A DNA stretch of 64,000 nucleotides from Gemmatimonadota bacterium (GCA_026387895.1 JAPLKT010000147.1:14625-78624); one strand, 5' to 3'; counted from the first letter of the stretch, positions 9,326-20,035 are shown. The notes: generated by a model from the letters alone, not told the origin. A program made the numbers and translations.

Positions 9326-10269
9326 GGGACACCTCGCGGGGCGCGAAGACCATCTACCCGACCGCGCATCGTCGCCCTGAACTCGCGCCAGCGGAGTCCC
9401 TTCCCCATCAGCAGCAATCGCGGCAGCTGGAGGACGCCCGGCAACATGCGCGTCCCGACCAGCACCGACCACAGGAGAAACACCGCCGCACGCCACCAGG
9501 GCAGGAACTCGAGCATGATGGCCGTTTCATTCGACGCACCGATGATCAACTCGTCGGCATTGAAGACACCGCGGTGGTACTGATCGTCGACCTGTCGCGG
9601 TTCAATGTGGTGATCGACACCGAGTGCGGGGTCATACACGAGTCGCCACCCTCGGCGCTGCATCGCCAGACCGACCCGCAGTTCCCATCCCCACTGCGAA
9701 CCAGATCCACGGAGCTGCGTCCCAAAACCGATGTCTCGGAGCGGCGCCGTACGGTACGCACTGCACACACCCTTCAAAAGATCCACCTCGCGCGCGGCGC
9801 CCGCGCCGAGATGATGATTCCCAATCACGCGACCAAACCACTGCACAACGCCGACTGGCTCAGCGTTCCCTCGCTCCCACGGCTGCCAATCACGGCCACC
9901 GAAACCGCCGAGCGTCGCGTCCGCCGCAAAGGCGGTGAGGATCCGTGCGCAGAAATCAGGATGCGCCGTGGCGTCGTCATCGAGTAAGGCGGTGATGTCG
10001 CACGGCGCACTGACCCCACTGAGCGCAGCAGTCATTGCCGCAACAACGCCGGTCGCTTTTGTGGTGACCGCTCGAACCGGAACTCCTCGCTCCGCCGCGG
10101 CCGTAATCACCGCACGCGTCGGCGTGTCGGACTCGCGAACGCCGATCACGACTTCGTCGGGGCGGCGCGTTTGTCTCTCCAGCGAAGCCAGACAGCGCGC
10201 GAGTCCGTCCGGTCGTCGAAAACTTGGCACGATAACCGCAAGACGCAGCGACCCTTGGCCCTCGGTCAT
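9322..10269 (-). CDS. Glycosyltransferase family 2 (GT-A)
   Basis: 'LAVIVPSFRRPDGLARCLASLERQT' and 'LLDDDA' (DxD). ATG 10267-10269 overlaps the upstream TGA 10266-10268. Confidence 0.8.
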   Translation of the reverse strand: MTEGQGSLRLAVIVPSFRRPDGLARCLASLERQTRRPDEVVIGVRESDTPTRAVITAAAERGVPVRAVTTKATGVVAAMTAALSGVSAPCDITALLDDDATAHPDFCARILTAFAADATLGGFGGRDWQPWERGNAEPVGVVQWFGRVIGNHHLGAGAAREVDLLKGVCSAYRTAPLRDIGFGTQLRGSGSQWGWELRVGLAMQRRGWRLVYDPALGVDHHIEPRQVDDQYHRGVFNADELIIGASNETAIMLEFLPWWRAAVFLLWSVLVGTRMLPGVLQLPRLLLMGKGLRWREFRATMRGRVDGLRAPRGVP

Positions 10270-11006
10270 GCGGGTGTCGCGGCTCGCGTTCCACTCTTGG
10301 TTGCGACTGCCGTAATCACCACGGGATAATCAGGATCGTACGGTGCGAGTTCCTGTTCCGTCAGCTCTTCGGCGGCCATTCCCGCAAGATACGCGTGGGC
10401 GGCAATGTGGTTGCCACAGGCCCCGACCTGCACCTGCTCGTCACCGAACTCCGTCGCGAGCAATCGCGTGAGCGACTGCGGCGTGAGATGCCAGAACTCG
10501 CCCCAGCGTTCCACGTCGTACTGGCTTACGGGCGCAATCGCGGGCGCGGTAATGAGCACCGTCCCACCTGGCGCGAGCGCGCGGTGGATCGTGCGCATAG
10601 CCCCCTGCAGATCAAACACACACTGCAGCACCTGCGTCAGGATAATCGTGTCGAAGGCGCCCTCGGGAATCCCGGCACCGGTCTGCAGATCGCCGACAAT
10701 GGTCGCGACGGGATTCCCCTCGACCACCATCAGCACATCAGAGTGCGTGACCTGCGCGCCCCCGTAGCGACGTGTGTATTCGTTGCCCGCGACCTCAAGC
10801 ACTCGGCCTCGTACGCGCCCCGCATGCGATTCGAGGAACCGTGTGATGTACCAGCGACAGATCGGGAGCCCACGATCGCCACCAAACACGCGACTCACGG
10901 GTTCCATGGAACGAAGATCGCCAAGATTCAACGCGCCGCCGCGCCGCCACCAAACGCGGACCGAGAGGGGCACGAATCGGCGCACAATGCGGTCGAGGAT
11001 GCTCAC
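10266..11006 (-). CDS. Class I SAM-dependent methyltransferase
   Basis: 'RVLEVAGNEY' glycine-rich SAM loop and 'FDTIILTQVLQCVFD'. Start set to GTG 11004-11006, overlapping TGA 11003-11005. Confidence 0.7.
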   Translation of the reverse strand: MSILDRIVRRFVPLSVRVWWRRGGALNLGDLRSMEPVSRVFGGDRGLPICRWYITRFLESHAGRVRGRVLEVAGNEYTRRYGGAQVTHSDVLMVVEGNPVATIVGDLQTGAGIPEGAFDTIILTQVLQCVFDLQGAMRTIHRALAPGGTVLITAPAIAPVSQYDVERWGEFWHLTPQSLTRLLATEFGDEQVQVGACGNHIAAHAYLAGMAAEELTEQELAPYDPDYPVVITAVATKSGTRAATPA

Positions 11007-12139
11007 GAGAGGGAAACTATTGGAGCGGTCGCGGCGTGCAACAGGAGATCCGCGTAGGGATCGCGGAGCCGCTCCCAACTGAATCGATCGAACGCATGCC
11101 GATGCCGCGCGTGCCGTGTGAAGTCGTCGGACGTGCGTTCCAGGACGCGGCTCAGAAGCGTGGCCAACACGCCAGTCGTGCGAAAATCACCGTAGAAACC
11201 ATGATCACCGAGCAACTCCCGCGGTACTGCATAATCGTGGGCGAGCACCGGAAGTCCGTGTGCGAGTGCCTCCACATACGCCAAGCCAAACCCTTCGCGC
11301 AGCGACGCCATCACAAACACATCGGCCGCGGCGTACCAACGGGGCATCTCAGGATGTGGTACGCTGTGCCACTGAAACCCATCGGCGCCAAGCAGTTCTG
11401 TCGCGAGCGTGAGCACTGCCGGGGTCTCCGGTGTTGCAGCGCCGAGCAGTACGAGCAACGGGCGAGGCGCCGGGAGCGCGGCGATCTCTCGGAGCACGTA
11501 CGGAAGATTCTTGGTGTGCAAATCGAGCAACCCGACCGACAGCACCACCGGACGATCGGTCGGAAGCCCGAGCGACGTGCGAAGCGCCGCACGAGGAGGC
11601 GCGAACAGTGTACTCGGGATCGCGATCCCATGCGGCAGCACCACGTTCCGCGCAGCGGGCTCGCCACGCACGAGCGCATCGTCGCGGTAGACGGTCGCGA
11701 GGTGTTGCACCATATCGGCGCGCGTGAACGGCTGTGTGGTGGCCCCGCCGTTATAAAACAGCAACCGATAGCGCTGTCCCGAGACTCGGCGCCAGTGCCA
11801 GCAGGCGTTCCCCACGTTGAGATCGGCGAAGTACACGAGGTCCGGACGACCCGTGACGAGATACGGAAGCAGCGAGGTAAAAAAACTCCCCTGCTCCACG
11901 AAGTACGGACTCCGATGCAGCAGCGCACCAATGGCGTCGGCCGCACGCGACGACCGCGCGAGTGACGGGAGCACCGTGTCGCGGCGCTCCGGGGTGGCGG
12001 CACCAGCAAACACGCGGATCTCGAGCCGCGGATCCGTACTGAGTGCATCAGAGACTTCTCGCGTGAAGGTCTCAAAGCCTCGTGCAACGCGTCCCAGCCC
12101 CGAGCAGGGGATGAACACGCGCAGTGGTGCGTGGCTCAC
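11003..12139 (-). CDS. Glycosyltransferase, GT4-like
   Basis: 'MASLREGFGLAYVEALAHGLPVLAHD'. Start set to GTG 12137-12139, overlapping TGA 12136-12138. Confidence 0.8.
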   Translation of the reverse strand: MSHAPLRVFIPCSGLGRVARGFETFTREVSDALSTDPRLEIRVFAGAATPERRDTVLPSLARSSRAADAIGALLHRSPYFVEQGSFFTSLLPYLVTGRPDLVYFADLNVGNACWHWRRVSGQRYRLLFYNGGATTQPFTRADMVQHLATVYRDDALVRGEPAARNVVLPHGIAIPSTLFAPPRAALRTSLGLPTDRPVVLSVGLLDLHTKNLPYVLREIAALPAPRPLLVLLGAATPETPAVLTLATELLGADGFQWHSVPHPEMPRWYAAADVFVMASLREGFGLAYVEALAHGLPVLAHDYAVPRELLGDHGFYGDFRTTGVLATLLSRVLERTSDDFTRHARHRHAFDRFSWERLRDPYADLLLHAATAPIVSLS

Positions 12140-13065
12140 GCGCGCACCCCGGTGATCAATCGCCGAGCGGCGCCGAGCGCCACGCGTGTCGCAAGGCTCG
12201 GCGGATAGCCAGCGACTGCCGCCCGGAACTCGCGCCACCCAGCAGGAGTGCCCTCACGCGCCGCCGCCGCCAGTGCGGCGCCGTAGCGGACGGTGGCGCG
12301 CCGCATCGCCACAAGGTGGCGGACCTGAGGCTGATTGATCCATGGGACCCGCGGCAGATACTGCGCGCGAATGCGCTCCCACTCGCGTTCGAACTTGTCC
12401 CCTTCGGAGACGGTTTTGCTGGTGGCATGAAAACGGTAGCTGGCCACCGGACGCGGAATCACAACGCAACGCTCCCCCGCGGCGAGCAGTCTCGCGTACC
12501 ACTCGATGTCGAACAAATAGCGGAAGCTGTCGTCAAACAACCCGTGTCGGTCAAAAAGCGACTTGCGCCAGAAATGGCCAGGCTGAGCGGCGATGAAGTT
12601 CCCGCCAAGGCACTGGGCCAGCGAACGCGGCGGCTGCGCCATGTGCCACTGGTGCACGGGGGCGCAGGCGCTGCCATCGCTGCCAAAGCCCAGCACCCCA
12701 CCGGCGACCCACTGCACTCCCGGCGCGGAGATCGCGGCAATCGCCGCGTCGAATGCTCCGGGAAGATACGTGTCATCGCTGTTGAGATACGCGATAATCT
12801 CCCCCGTGGCACGCGCGATTCCCTTGTTGATGGCGTGGCACTGGCCGCGATCCGGCTCGCTCACCCACCAGTCAATCCCATCCGAGAGCCGTTCAATCAG
12901 CGCCGCGCTCCCATCCGTGCTTCCGCCGTCCACCACGAAGTGCTCAAGGTTGGCGTAGCCCTGCGCACGAATCGACCGAACCGTCTCCTCGAGGAAGGCG
13001 GCTTGATTGAAGGACGGTGTAACGATTGTAATGCGCGGTACCGTAACCGCTGGGGGATTCCCCAT
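12136..13065 (-). CDS. Glycosyltransferase family 2
   Basis: 'ITIVTPSFNQAAFLEETVRSIRAQGYANLEHFVVDGGSTDGS' and 'YLNSDD'. ATG 13063-13065 is preceded on the minus strand by GGGAGG about 8 nt upstream. Confidence 0.85.
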   Translation of the reverse strand: MGNPPAVTVPRITIVTPSFNQAAFLEETVRSIRAQGYANLEHFVVDGGSTDGSAALIERLSDGIDWWVSEPDRGQCHAINKGIARATGEIIAYLNSDDTYLPGAFDAAIAAISAPGVQWVAGGVLGFGSDGSACAPVHQWHMAQPPRSLAQCLGGNFIAAQPGHFWRKSLFDRHGLFDDSFRYLFDIEWYARLLAAGERCVVIPRPVASYRFHATSKTVSEGDKFEREWERIRAQYLPRVPWINQPQVRHLVAMRRATVRYGAALAAAAREGTPAGWREFRAAVAGYPPSLATRVALGAARRLITGVRA

Positions 13066-13148
13066 GCGCGTAGCCTCCCGAGGCAACCGTGACGTTAGTC
13101 CGCCGGCGACGCGTGGCGCAATGGCTGTGCGGCTCCTAATTTGCCAAG

Positions 13149-13847
13149 GTGCCCATTGCCCGCCGCTACCGACTCGCCGCTGGGCTCGCGCGGCTCTTTC
13201 CGGCAGCTGGGCGCTGGGCCGCGGCACGGCGGCGTTCTCGGGTCTTTGCGGAGATCTTCCAGACGAACTTCTGGGGGAGCCAAACCTCGGTTTCTGGCCC
13301 CGGATCGGAACTCGACCAGACCGCTATCATCCGCGAGGCGCTGCCCGCGCTCCTGGCGGCACACGGTATCGGCAGCATACTCGACGCCCCCTGCGGCGAT
13401 TTCCACTGGTTGCAGCATGTGCCCCTCGCGGGCATCCGATACACTGGCGTTGACATCGTGCCCGCGCTGATTGCGCGCAATCAGGCCACATTCGGGTCGG
13501 CCGTGCGAACCTTCGCGGTGTGCGATCTGGTCGAGGGAGAGCTCCCAAAAGCGGATCTCATTTTCTGCAGAGACTGCTTGGTGCATCTCTCCTACGACGA
13601 GACGCGCCGCGCCCTCGACAACTTCCGCCGCAGCGGCGCCACCTGGTTACTCACGACGACGTTTACGAGCCAGCGCCCCAATTCCGATATCGTCACGGGT
13701 GATTGGTGTCCGATTATGCTACAGCAGGCGCCCTACGGCTTCCCCGAGCCCGTCGCGCTCATCAATGAGGGCTGCACCGAGTTCGGCGGTAGCTATCCGG
13801 ACAAGTCGCTCGGCCTCTGGCGACTCGCCGACCTCCCCCAGTGGTGA
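13149..13847 (+). CDS. Class I SAM-dependent methyltransferase
   Basis: 'ILDAPCGDFHWL' SAM-binding loop and 'DLIFCRDCLVHLSYDE'. GTG start at 13149. Confidence 0.7.
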   Translation: MPIARRYRLAAGLARLFPAAGRWAAARRRSRVFAEIFQTNFWGSQTSVSGPGSELDQTAIIREALPALLAAHGIGSILDAPCGDFHWLQHVPLAGIRYTGVDIVPALIARNQATFGSAVRTFAVCDLVEGELPKADLIFCRDCLVHLSYDETRRALDNFRRSGATWLLTTTFTSQRPNSDIVTGDWCPIMLQQAPYGFPEPVALINEGCTEFGGSYPDKSLGLWRLADLPQW

Positions 13848-15283
13848 GCGCCTCCGGCCGCTTCAGCCCTGTCGGGACACCGCAGGCGCCCCTCCGCGTG
13901 CTCACGCTCAGCACGAGCGATGTGGCCGGGGGCGCCGAGGCGATGGCCCGCAACCTGCACCGGGCGTATCTGGCGGCTGGAGTGCGCGCGGTGATGGCGG
14001 TGGGTACCAAGCACACCAACGACCCATCGGTGATTGACCTCGCCGCGCGAGAACCCGCCTCGGCATGGCGTACCACCTGTGACGCTCTCGCAGGGGCCGC
14101 CAGGCCGTTCGCCGGCAAGGTTCTAGGGGCAGGCGCCCTGACGCGCGCCGCGCGCCGCTGGCGACATCCACAGCGCACGCGCGACCAGCAGGCCGGCATC
14201 GAATCCTGGGACTTCCCCGCGTCGCGAGCGATCCTCGACTTGGCCCGCGAGCCAGGGACCATCGTCCACGCCCACAATCTCCACGGCGACTGGTTCGACC
14301 TGCGCCTGCTCGCCGAGCTCCGAACCATCGCCCCGGTCTTCCTCACGCTCCACGACGCGTGGCTGCTCGCGGGACATTGCGCCCATTCCTTTGCCTGCGC
14401 CCGCTGGCAGTCGGGCTGCGGCCAGTGCCCGGACCTCACGATTTACCCCGCGATCGCCGCCGATGCGACCGCCGAGAACTGGCGGCGGAAGCGTGACATC
14501 CTCGCCGCCAGCCAGCTTCATGTGGCGGCACCCGCGCACTGGCTGATGGACAAGGTGGACGCCTCGATTCTCCGCCCGGCGATTGCCAGTGCACAGGTGA
14601 TTCCCAACGGCGTGGATCTGACCAACTACTGCCCTGGGGACCGCGGCGCGGCGCGGCGCGCACTCGGTCTTCCTGCTGGGGCCGCCGTCGTGCTCGCCTC
14701 CGCGCACATGCTTCGCCACAACATGTGGAAAGATCCCGCGCTGCTACGCGCCGTCATCGAACAGGCGGGGGCGGCCCTTCCGCGCCGCGAGATCATCTGT
14801 GTCGCGCTGGGCGAAAGCGGTCCGACCGAATCGATCGGCGGTGTGCAGTTCGTCGCCGCCACGTACGAGCGCGACCCCGCTCGCCTCGCGCAGTGGTATC
14901 GCGCCGCCGATGTCTTCGTGCATCCTTCGCGGATGGACACGCAACCGCTGGTCGTACTGGAGTCGCTGGCCTGCGGCACGCCGGTGATTGCGACCGATGT
15001 TGGCGGCATCGCCGAAACGCTCGGGAGCGCGTTCGATGCGCACACACTCGAGGCGTGCCGCGACGGCACCGAAGCGCAGAGCGGTGGAGTGCTGGTCCCC
15101 GCAGACGATGCCACAACAATGGCACGGGCGCTGATCACACTGCTTGCGCGCCCACCGCTCCGCGCCGCGATGAGCCGCACGGCGCTCAGCGACGCACGCA
15201 AACGGTTCGACATCACCCAGTGCGCGGGTGCGTATCTGGCGTGGTTCGCTATGCACCGCCACGCCGCCACGGGCGCGCCCTAA
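13844..15283 (+). CDS. Glycosyltransferase, GT4-like
   Basis: 'HPSRMDTQPLVVLESLACGTPVIATDVGGIAE'. GTG 13844-13846 overlaps TGA 13845-13847 of the methyltransferase; GTG 13841 is also possible. Confidence 0.8.
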   Translation: MSASGRFSPVGTPQAPLRVLTLSTSDVAGGAEAMARNLHRAYLAAGVRAVMAVGTKHTNDPSVIDLAAREPASAWRTTCDALAGAARPFAGKVLGAGALTRAARRWRHPQRTRDQQAGIESWDFPASRAILDLAREPGTIVHAHNLHGDWFDLRLLAELRTIAPVFLTLHDAWLLAGHCAHSFACARWQSGCGQCPDLTIYPAIAADATAENWRRKRDILAASQLHVAAPAHWLMDKVDASILRPAIASAQVIPNGVDLTNYCPGDRGAARRALGLPAGAAVVLASAHMLRHNMWKDPALLRAVIEQAGAALPRREIICVALGESGPTESIGGVQFVAATYERDPARLAQWYRAADVFVHPSRMDTQPLVVLESLACGTPVIATDVGGIAETLGSAFDAHTLEACRDGTEAQSGGVLVPADDATTMARALITLLARPPLRAAMSRTALSDARKRFDITQCAGAYLAWFAMHRHAATGAP

Positions 15284-15285
15284 CG

Positions 15286-17214
15286 ATGTGTGGGATCTCG
15301 GGACGCCTCTCCTCGACGCCACTGACCGCCGCTGATCACACGGCCTGTGACGCCATGTCGCGTGCGCTTATACATCGCGGGCCGGACGGCGAAGGACAGC
15401 TCCACGACGCACACATACGACTCGACAATCGTCGACTCAGCATCATCGACGTAGCCGGTGGATGGCAGCCGCTGTATAACGAAGACCACAGCATCGGTGT
15501 GGTGGCGAACGGTGAGATCTACAATGCGCGCGAACTCGCCGCCGAGCTCACCGCGCGCGGCCATTCCTTGCGCACCGGCAGCGACATCGAAGTTATCGCG
15601 CATTTATACGAAGAACTCGGCGACGACTGTGTGCATCGCCTCCGCGGCATGTTCGCCTTTGCGTTGTGGGATGCCACGCGGCAACGCGCGCTCATTGTGC
15701 GCGACCGCATGGGCGAGAAGCCGCTCTACGTGCACGAAGGGAACGGTACGCTGACCTTCGCCTCAGAACTGCGCGCACTCGTGCGCTCCGGCGCGCCCTC
15801 GGGCGCGCTCGACTACGAAGCCATCGATCACTACTTCCATTTCCTGTGGGTCCCTGAGCCGCGCACACCGCTGGCGGATGTGCGGAAGCTCGACGCCGGA
15901 CACTGCATCGTCGTGGAGTTCGCGCCGTGGCGCGTGACCACCTCGCGCTGGTGGAATCTGGAAGACGCGCCCCCCATCGACGCAGCCCCCGCCTCCACGG
16001 TGCGCGGCATGCTCGAGGAGATTGCACCGCTCGTCGTGCGCAGCGATGTCCCCGTCGGCGTAGCACTTTCGGGCGGGCTCGACTCCAGCACGGTGGCCGC
16101 ACTTGCCGCCCCGCAGTGCCCGGGGCTCGTGGCCTTCAGTGTCGGCTACGAGGGACGTCCCGCGTGCGACGAGCGCGCAGACGCTGCACGCTTCGCTGCC
16201 GACCTCAAGATCCCGATGGTCGACATCGAGTGCCGCACCGCCGATGTGGTGGAGAACTTTCCACACCTCTGCCGCGCCAAGGACGACCCAATCGCGGACA
16301 TCGCAAGCTTCGGCTACTGGGCGGTGATGCAGAAGGCACGCGAACACGAGGTGCCCGTCCTCCTGATGGGCCAAGGAGGCGACGAACTCTTTTGGGGCTA
16401 CGGCTGGCCGCAGGATGGACTGCGCCAAACACTCCGCAAGCAGCGTTCACTCGCTCGCGGCCGATTCTCCCTCACCGACTACGTCCAGTTCGAACCACCG
16501 CCGCGCCTCTCCCCCTGGGGACTGCGCAAATGGTGGCACCGCCGCTTCGGCTGGGCCGATGGCTTAGCCGAGCGCGCGCGCGACATGCAGAGCCCCGCCG
16601 GGCAACTCGTCTCCTACGACATCAATCCGCACTTTCAGCAAGCGCGTGCCATGATGTCTCAGGTGTACGGATCGGCCATGCAACACACGCGCGCGCCAGC
16701 CGAGCAGTGGTTCACCTTTGACGCGATTCCCGACCGCGCCGACATCCGCGTGACCAGCCTCATGACGAACCTCTACCTGCGTGAGAATGGCATCACGCAG
16801 GGCGACCGACTCGGCATGGATGCGTCGGTCGAAGTGCGGCTTCCGCTCGTGGATTACCGCCTCGCCGAGACGGTCATCGGACTCCGCAAAGCACAACCCG
16901 ACTGGCAACACCCGCCCAAGACGTGGCTGCGCGATGCCGTGCGCGGCCTCGTGCCCGAGTATGTGCTCACACGACAGAAGCGTGGCTTCGAACCACCGTA
17001 CGATGCATGGCTCGGCGGACTCACCGCGCGCTACGGCGATTCGCTGCACGATGGTGCGCTGGTGCAGGCTGGAGTGCTGAGCGCCGCGGGCGCCGTAACG
17101 CTCTCAGCGCAGACGAACTGGAACGCGACGTGGGGCTACCAACCGTTCGCCGCGCTCGTGTTGGAGTATTGGCTACGCGGAATGATCGACGAAGGACTGC
17201 GCGTCAGCTGGTAA
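15286..17214 (+). CDS. Asparagine synthase (glutamine-hydrolysing)-like amidotransferase, stand-alone
   Basis: ATG 15286 gives 'MCGISG' (Cys2) and the 'SGGLDSS' PP-loop. The track ORF start (14725) is an Arg-rich extension overlapping the preceding GT4 and is rejected. Confidence 0.85.
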   Translation: MCGISGRLSSTPLTAADHTACDAMSRALIHRGPDGEGQLHDAHIRLDNRRLSIIDVAGGWQPLYNEDHSIGVVANGEIYNARELAAELTARGHSLRTGSDIEVIAHLYEELGDDCVHRLRGMFAFALWDATRQRALIVRDRMGEKPLYVHEGNGTLTFASELRALVRSGAPSGALDYEAIDHYFHFLWVPEPRTPLADVRKLDAGHCIVVEFAPWRVTTSRWWNLEDAPPIDAAPASTVRGMLEEIAPLVVRSDVPVGVALSGGLDSSTVAALAAPQCPGLVAFSVGYEGRPACDERADAARFAADLKIPMVDIECRTADVVENFPHLCRAKDDPIADIASFGYWAVMQKAREHEVPVLLMGQGGDELFWGYGWPQDGLRQTLRKQRSLARGRFSLTDYVQFEPPPRLSPWGLRKWWHRRFGWADGLAERARDMQSPAGQLVSYDINPHFQQARAMMSQVYGSAMQHTRAPAEQWFTFDAIPDRADIRVTSLMTNLYLRENGITQGDRLGMDASVEVRLPLVDYRLAETVIGLRKAQPDWQHPPKTWLRDAVRGLVPEYVLTRQKRGFEPPYDAWLGGLTARYGDSLHDGALVQAGVLSAAGAVTLSAQTNWNATWGYQPFAALVLEYWLRGMIDEGLRVSW

Positions 17215-17241
17215 TTTTGGTTGCGCTCACCCAGCGGTTGA

Positions 17242-18105
17242 TCAGCGCCGCTCGAGGCGCCACTGCGCGGCGAACGGATCGTACCGCAACTGCGGCGTGA
17301 GATCACGCAGCCCGAGCCGTTGCTGCCAGTGCCACGTCAGCTGACGACGAAGTCGCGATCCCCACGCGCCATACCGCTGACCACCGGCTGCGTGCAAGCA
17401 CGCCTCCGCTTGCGTCCGGTAGGTTGCCCCTGCCGTGGCAGTTCGCTGCGCGGGCTGCCGACGGAACCCAGCGAGCGGTACCGTCACGCCGACCAAATCC
17501 GTCAGCTCCGAGAACCGTAGCCAGAGCGCAGCGTCCGCTGCCAGTGTCTGCGTCACATCGAGCGCGCCGCCGGCCCGCTCCCAGAGCGACCGCCGCCAGA
17601 AGGTGGATTCCTGCTGGATGAATCCCTGCGCGTAGGATCCCGCGGTCGGAAGAAACTCACCGGCCAGCATCGCCCGACGCGAGAACCCCTGCAACGGCTC
17701 GCACGCCGTGAGCGCGCCATCCGCGTCCCAAAACAGTGGGAAGAGCGACGAAATCCATTCGACTTCAGGGAATCGTGCGAACAACTCACCAACCGTGCGC
17801 AGCGTCCACGGGGTGTGCAGGTCGTCGCTGTTCAGCCACCCCATGATCTCGCCATCGGTATGCGAAAAACCCGTATTGACGGCATCGTACTGCCCAGCAT
17901 CGGCTTGGCTCTCCCAGTGCGTCAATGCTGGTGCGTGGCGTTCGATTGTCGTGACGCTGTGGTCCGTACTCCCGCCGTCCATCACAACGTACTGCAATGC
18001 CGGATAGCGTTGATCGAGGACTGATCGCATCGTCGCGTCGAGCCACGCCCCTTGATTGAACGATGGCGTAACCAGTGAGATGGTCGGCAGCGTGCGATTA
18101 CTCAT
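17242..18105 (-). CDS. Glycosyltransferase family 2
   Basis: 'ISLVTPSFNQGAWLDATMRSVLDQRYPALQYVVMDGGSTDHS' and 'WLNSDD'. ATG 18103-18105 overlaps TGA 18102-18104. Confidence 0.85.
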   Translation of the reverse strand: MSNRTLPTISLVTPSFNQGAWLDATMRSVLDQRYPALQYVVMDGGSTDHSVTTIERHAPALTHWESQADAGQYDAVNTGFSHTDGEIMGWLNSDDLHTPWTLRTVGELFARFPEVEWISSLFPLFWDADGALTACEPLQGFSRRAMLAGEFLPTAGSYAQGFIQQESTFWRRSLWERAGGALDVTQTLAADAALWLRFSELTDLVGVTVPLAGFRRQPAQRTATAGATYRTQAEACLHAAGGQRYGAWGSRLRRQLTWHWQQRLGLRDLTPQLRYDPFAAQWRLERR

Positions 18106-19061
18106 GCGTGTCCTCGCAGTAGGCGCCTGATTCGCGGCAGCAGCGTACGCCATCCGCGGCGCGGCGCAAACCGTTCGCGCAACTCTTCTCCGTGAAACGC
18201 CCAGTCGAACTCGAATATATCCGCGGCTTTGTGCCGCACCATCACTGACGGATGCCGGAGTGCGCCAAGCGGTTCCAGCGGCAGATCATGCAGCCGCGCG
18301 GAAAGATTGGGATGCGTTGGATCGTCGGCTCCGCCGATATTTGTCACCAGGTTCCTGTTCGGGCGCACGCAGAGTGCTCCCTCGGCCACGCAGTTAAACG
18401 ACCACGGGTACGCCCAGGAATTCCGTTCGCCGCGGTACGCCTGCGCGTAGAGATTCGTCCAGTACGATTCTTCGTACGGATCATCGGTCACGGTCGCCAT
18501 CCCACCCGTGGCTACGAACTCCGGCCAACGTGTCATCGCTAAATCGAAATGCTGCCAGGCACGGCGCCAGGAGGCCCATCCCCAGACATGATGGCGGTGC
18601 GAGAAATAGTAGCTCGCCTCGGTTCGGGGCTGACCGCGTTGGAAGTTGGTGCCCGTAATTGAGCTCACCCGGTCGTCCGTCGCGAAGCGATCCAGCAGCG
18701 CTTCGCAAAACGGGAAAAAGCTGGCGTGCGGCAAGCAATCGTCCTCCAGCACAATCAGACGTTCTTCAGCGGCGAACGCCGCCGTGAGTCCGGACGATAC
18801 GCGCTGCCGCAACCCCATATTCTCGTGTGCGTAATCACGGACGATCTCACACGACCAGGGCAACTGATCGAAGAGCGCCCGCACCTCTGCGACCAACCGC
18901 GCATCGTCCGGATGGTCCGCGCGCGGTCCATCGCTCACCACATATAGGCGTTCAGGAGCCGCAGTGGCCACGGCTTCCAGCACGCGACGCGTGAGTGCCG
19001 GCCGATTAAAGGTCAGCAGGACCACCGGCGTGCGGCGTGCAGATGCGCGGGGCGCGGTCAC
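18102..19061 (-). CDS. Nucleotide-diphospho-sugar transferase, GT-A fold (GNT-I-like 'EDD' type)
   Basis: 'VVLLTFNRPALTRRVLEAV', 'LYVVSDGPR' and 'LIVLEDDCLP'. Start set to GTG 19059-19061, overlapping TGA 19058-19060. Confidence 0.6.
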   Translation of the reverse strand: MTAPRASARRTPVVLLTFNRPALTRRVLEAVATAAPERLYVVSDGPRADHPDDARLVAEVRALFDQLPWSCEIVRDYAHENMGLRQRVSSGLTAAFAAEERLIVLEDDCLPHASFFPFCEALLDRFATDDRVSSITGTNFQRGQPRTEASYYFSHRHHVWGWASWRRAWQHFDLAMTRWPEFVATGGMATVTDDPYEESYWTNLYAQAYRGERNSWAYPWSFNCVAEGALCVRPNRNLVTNIGGADDPTHPNLSARLHDLPLEPLGALRHPSVMVRHKAADIFEFDWAFHGEELRERFAPRRGWRTLLPRIRRLLRGHA

Positions 19062-20035
19062 TCGCGGAACCACTGCTCGAGGTTGGTCTGAAAGGTGGCC
19101 GCATCCCAGTTCCGCACAAGATGGCGGGGGAGCCGGAACGGATCGCTCGCACGCCATGCAGCATCTGGAATATTCGCGCAGGCCATCGCATATCCCGCCG
19201 CGCGAACGGCGTCCACCGCAGCACACGAGATATCGTGCGTGGCGCCGTACGGATACGCGAATGCAGTCGGCGCATGCCCGCCGAGCACCTCCGTGAGCTG
19301 CGCACGACAGGCAACCGTTTCGCGCCTCAATTCCTCTGGCGACTGGCGCGACATGACCGAATGAGAAACGGAGTGTCCACCGAGGCGGATCCCGGGGAAT
19401 GAGGCAAGCGCCCGGAGCTCGTCGGTCGTGCATGCACGTGCAACCTGCGCATCTGGGAGCGGACGCCCGAGGGCTGCTGCGATTGTTTCAATCGCGCGGT
19501 CCCGCGATGCCGCGGGTGCGATCCGAAGCCGCTCCGACAGTAATGCATAGACTGCACGCGCCTGCGCCGGAGTGATCCTGACGTGCGACGGTCCGCCGTC
19601 ATCGAGGTGGACCGTGAGCGTCCCCTCGTGATGCGTGGTCGTGAGCAAGAGCGCGGCGAGTTCGTCCCACCAAAATCCGCGCGGCGATCCGATGCGTCCG
19701 GTCGACACAAAGACAGTCGCCGGAACCCGTGCACGCGCCAATGCCGGAGCAGCGTTGGTCAGATTGTCGCGATAGCCGTCGTCAAAGGTCACCGCGATCG
19801 CACGAGCGGGAAGCGTGCCGTCGATACGCCGGCGCTCGAACTCGTCGAGCCCAAGCGGTTCCCCCAGAGCGCTGAGTATTCGCAGCTGACCCTCGAAGTG
19901 CGAAGGCGTTACGGCCAAATCATTGGGATCGAGCGCAGGCGCGTCCACGCGATGGTAGAGCAAGATGACCCCGCGCCGAGCAAAACGGCGGCGAGTAGCC
20001 GTCGCGAACCGATGAAACGAGCCGGCGCCCCGCAT
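19058..20035 (-). CDS. Polysaccharide deacetylase (NodB homology / CE4-like)
   Basis: 'AIAVTFDDGYRDN' and 'GGHSVSH'. ATG 20033-20035 shares one nt with the upstream TGA 20035-20037. Confidence 0.8.
   Translation of the reverse strand: MRGAGSFHRFATATRRRFARRGVILLYHRVDAPALDPNDLAVTPSHFEGQLRILSALGEPLGLDEFERRRIDGTLPARAIAVTFDDGYRDNLTNAAPALARARVPATVFVSTGRIGSPRGFWWDELAALLLTTTHHEGTLTVHLDDGGPSHVRITPAQARAVYALLSERLRIAPAASRDRAIETIAAALGRPLPDAQVARACTTDELRALASFPGIRLGGHSVSHSVMSRQSPEELRRETVACRAQLTEVLGGHAPTAFAYPYGATHDISCAAVDAVRAAGYAMACANIPDAAWRASDPFRLPRHLVRNWDAATFQTNLEQWFRE

Noticed and set aside
14725-15285. 187-codon N-terminal extension of the second AsnB ORF. Analogous over-long starts occur at 1788, 9496, 11078, 12238, 13227, 18153, 19433, 20212, 32603, 43671, 48335, 50029, 50451 and 51326.
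   Set aside because: The extensions overlap the preceding gene and are Arg-rich. Conserved N-termini (for example 'MCGISG') or GTGA/ATGA junctions mark the real starts.
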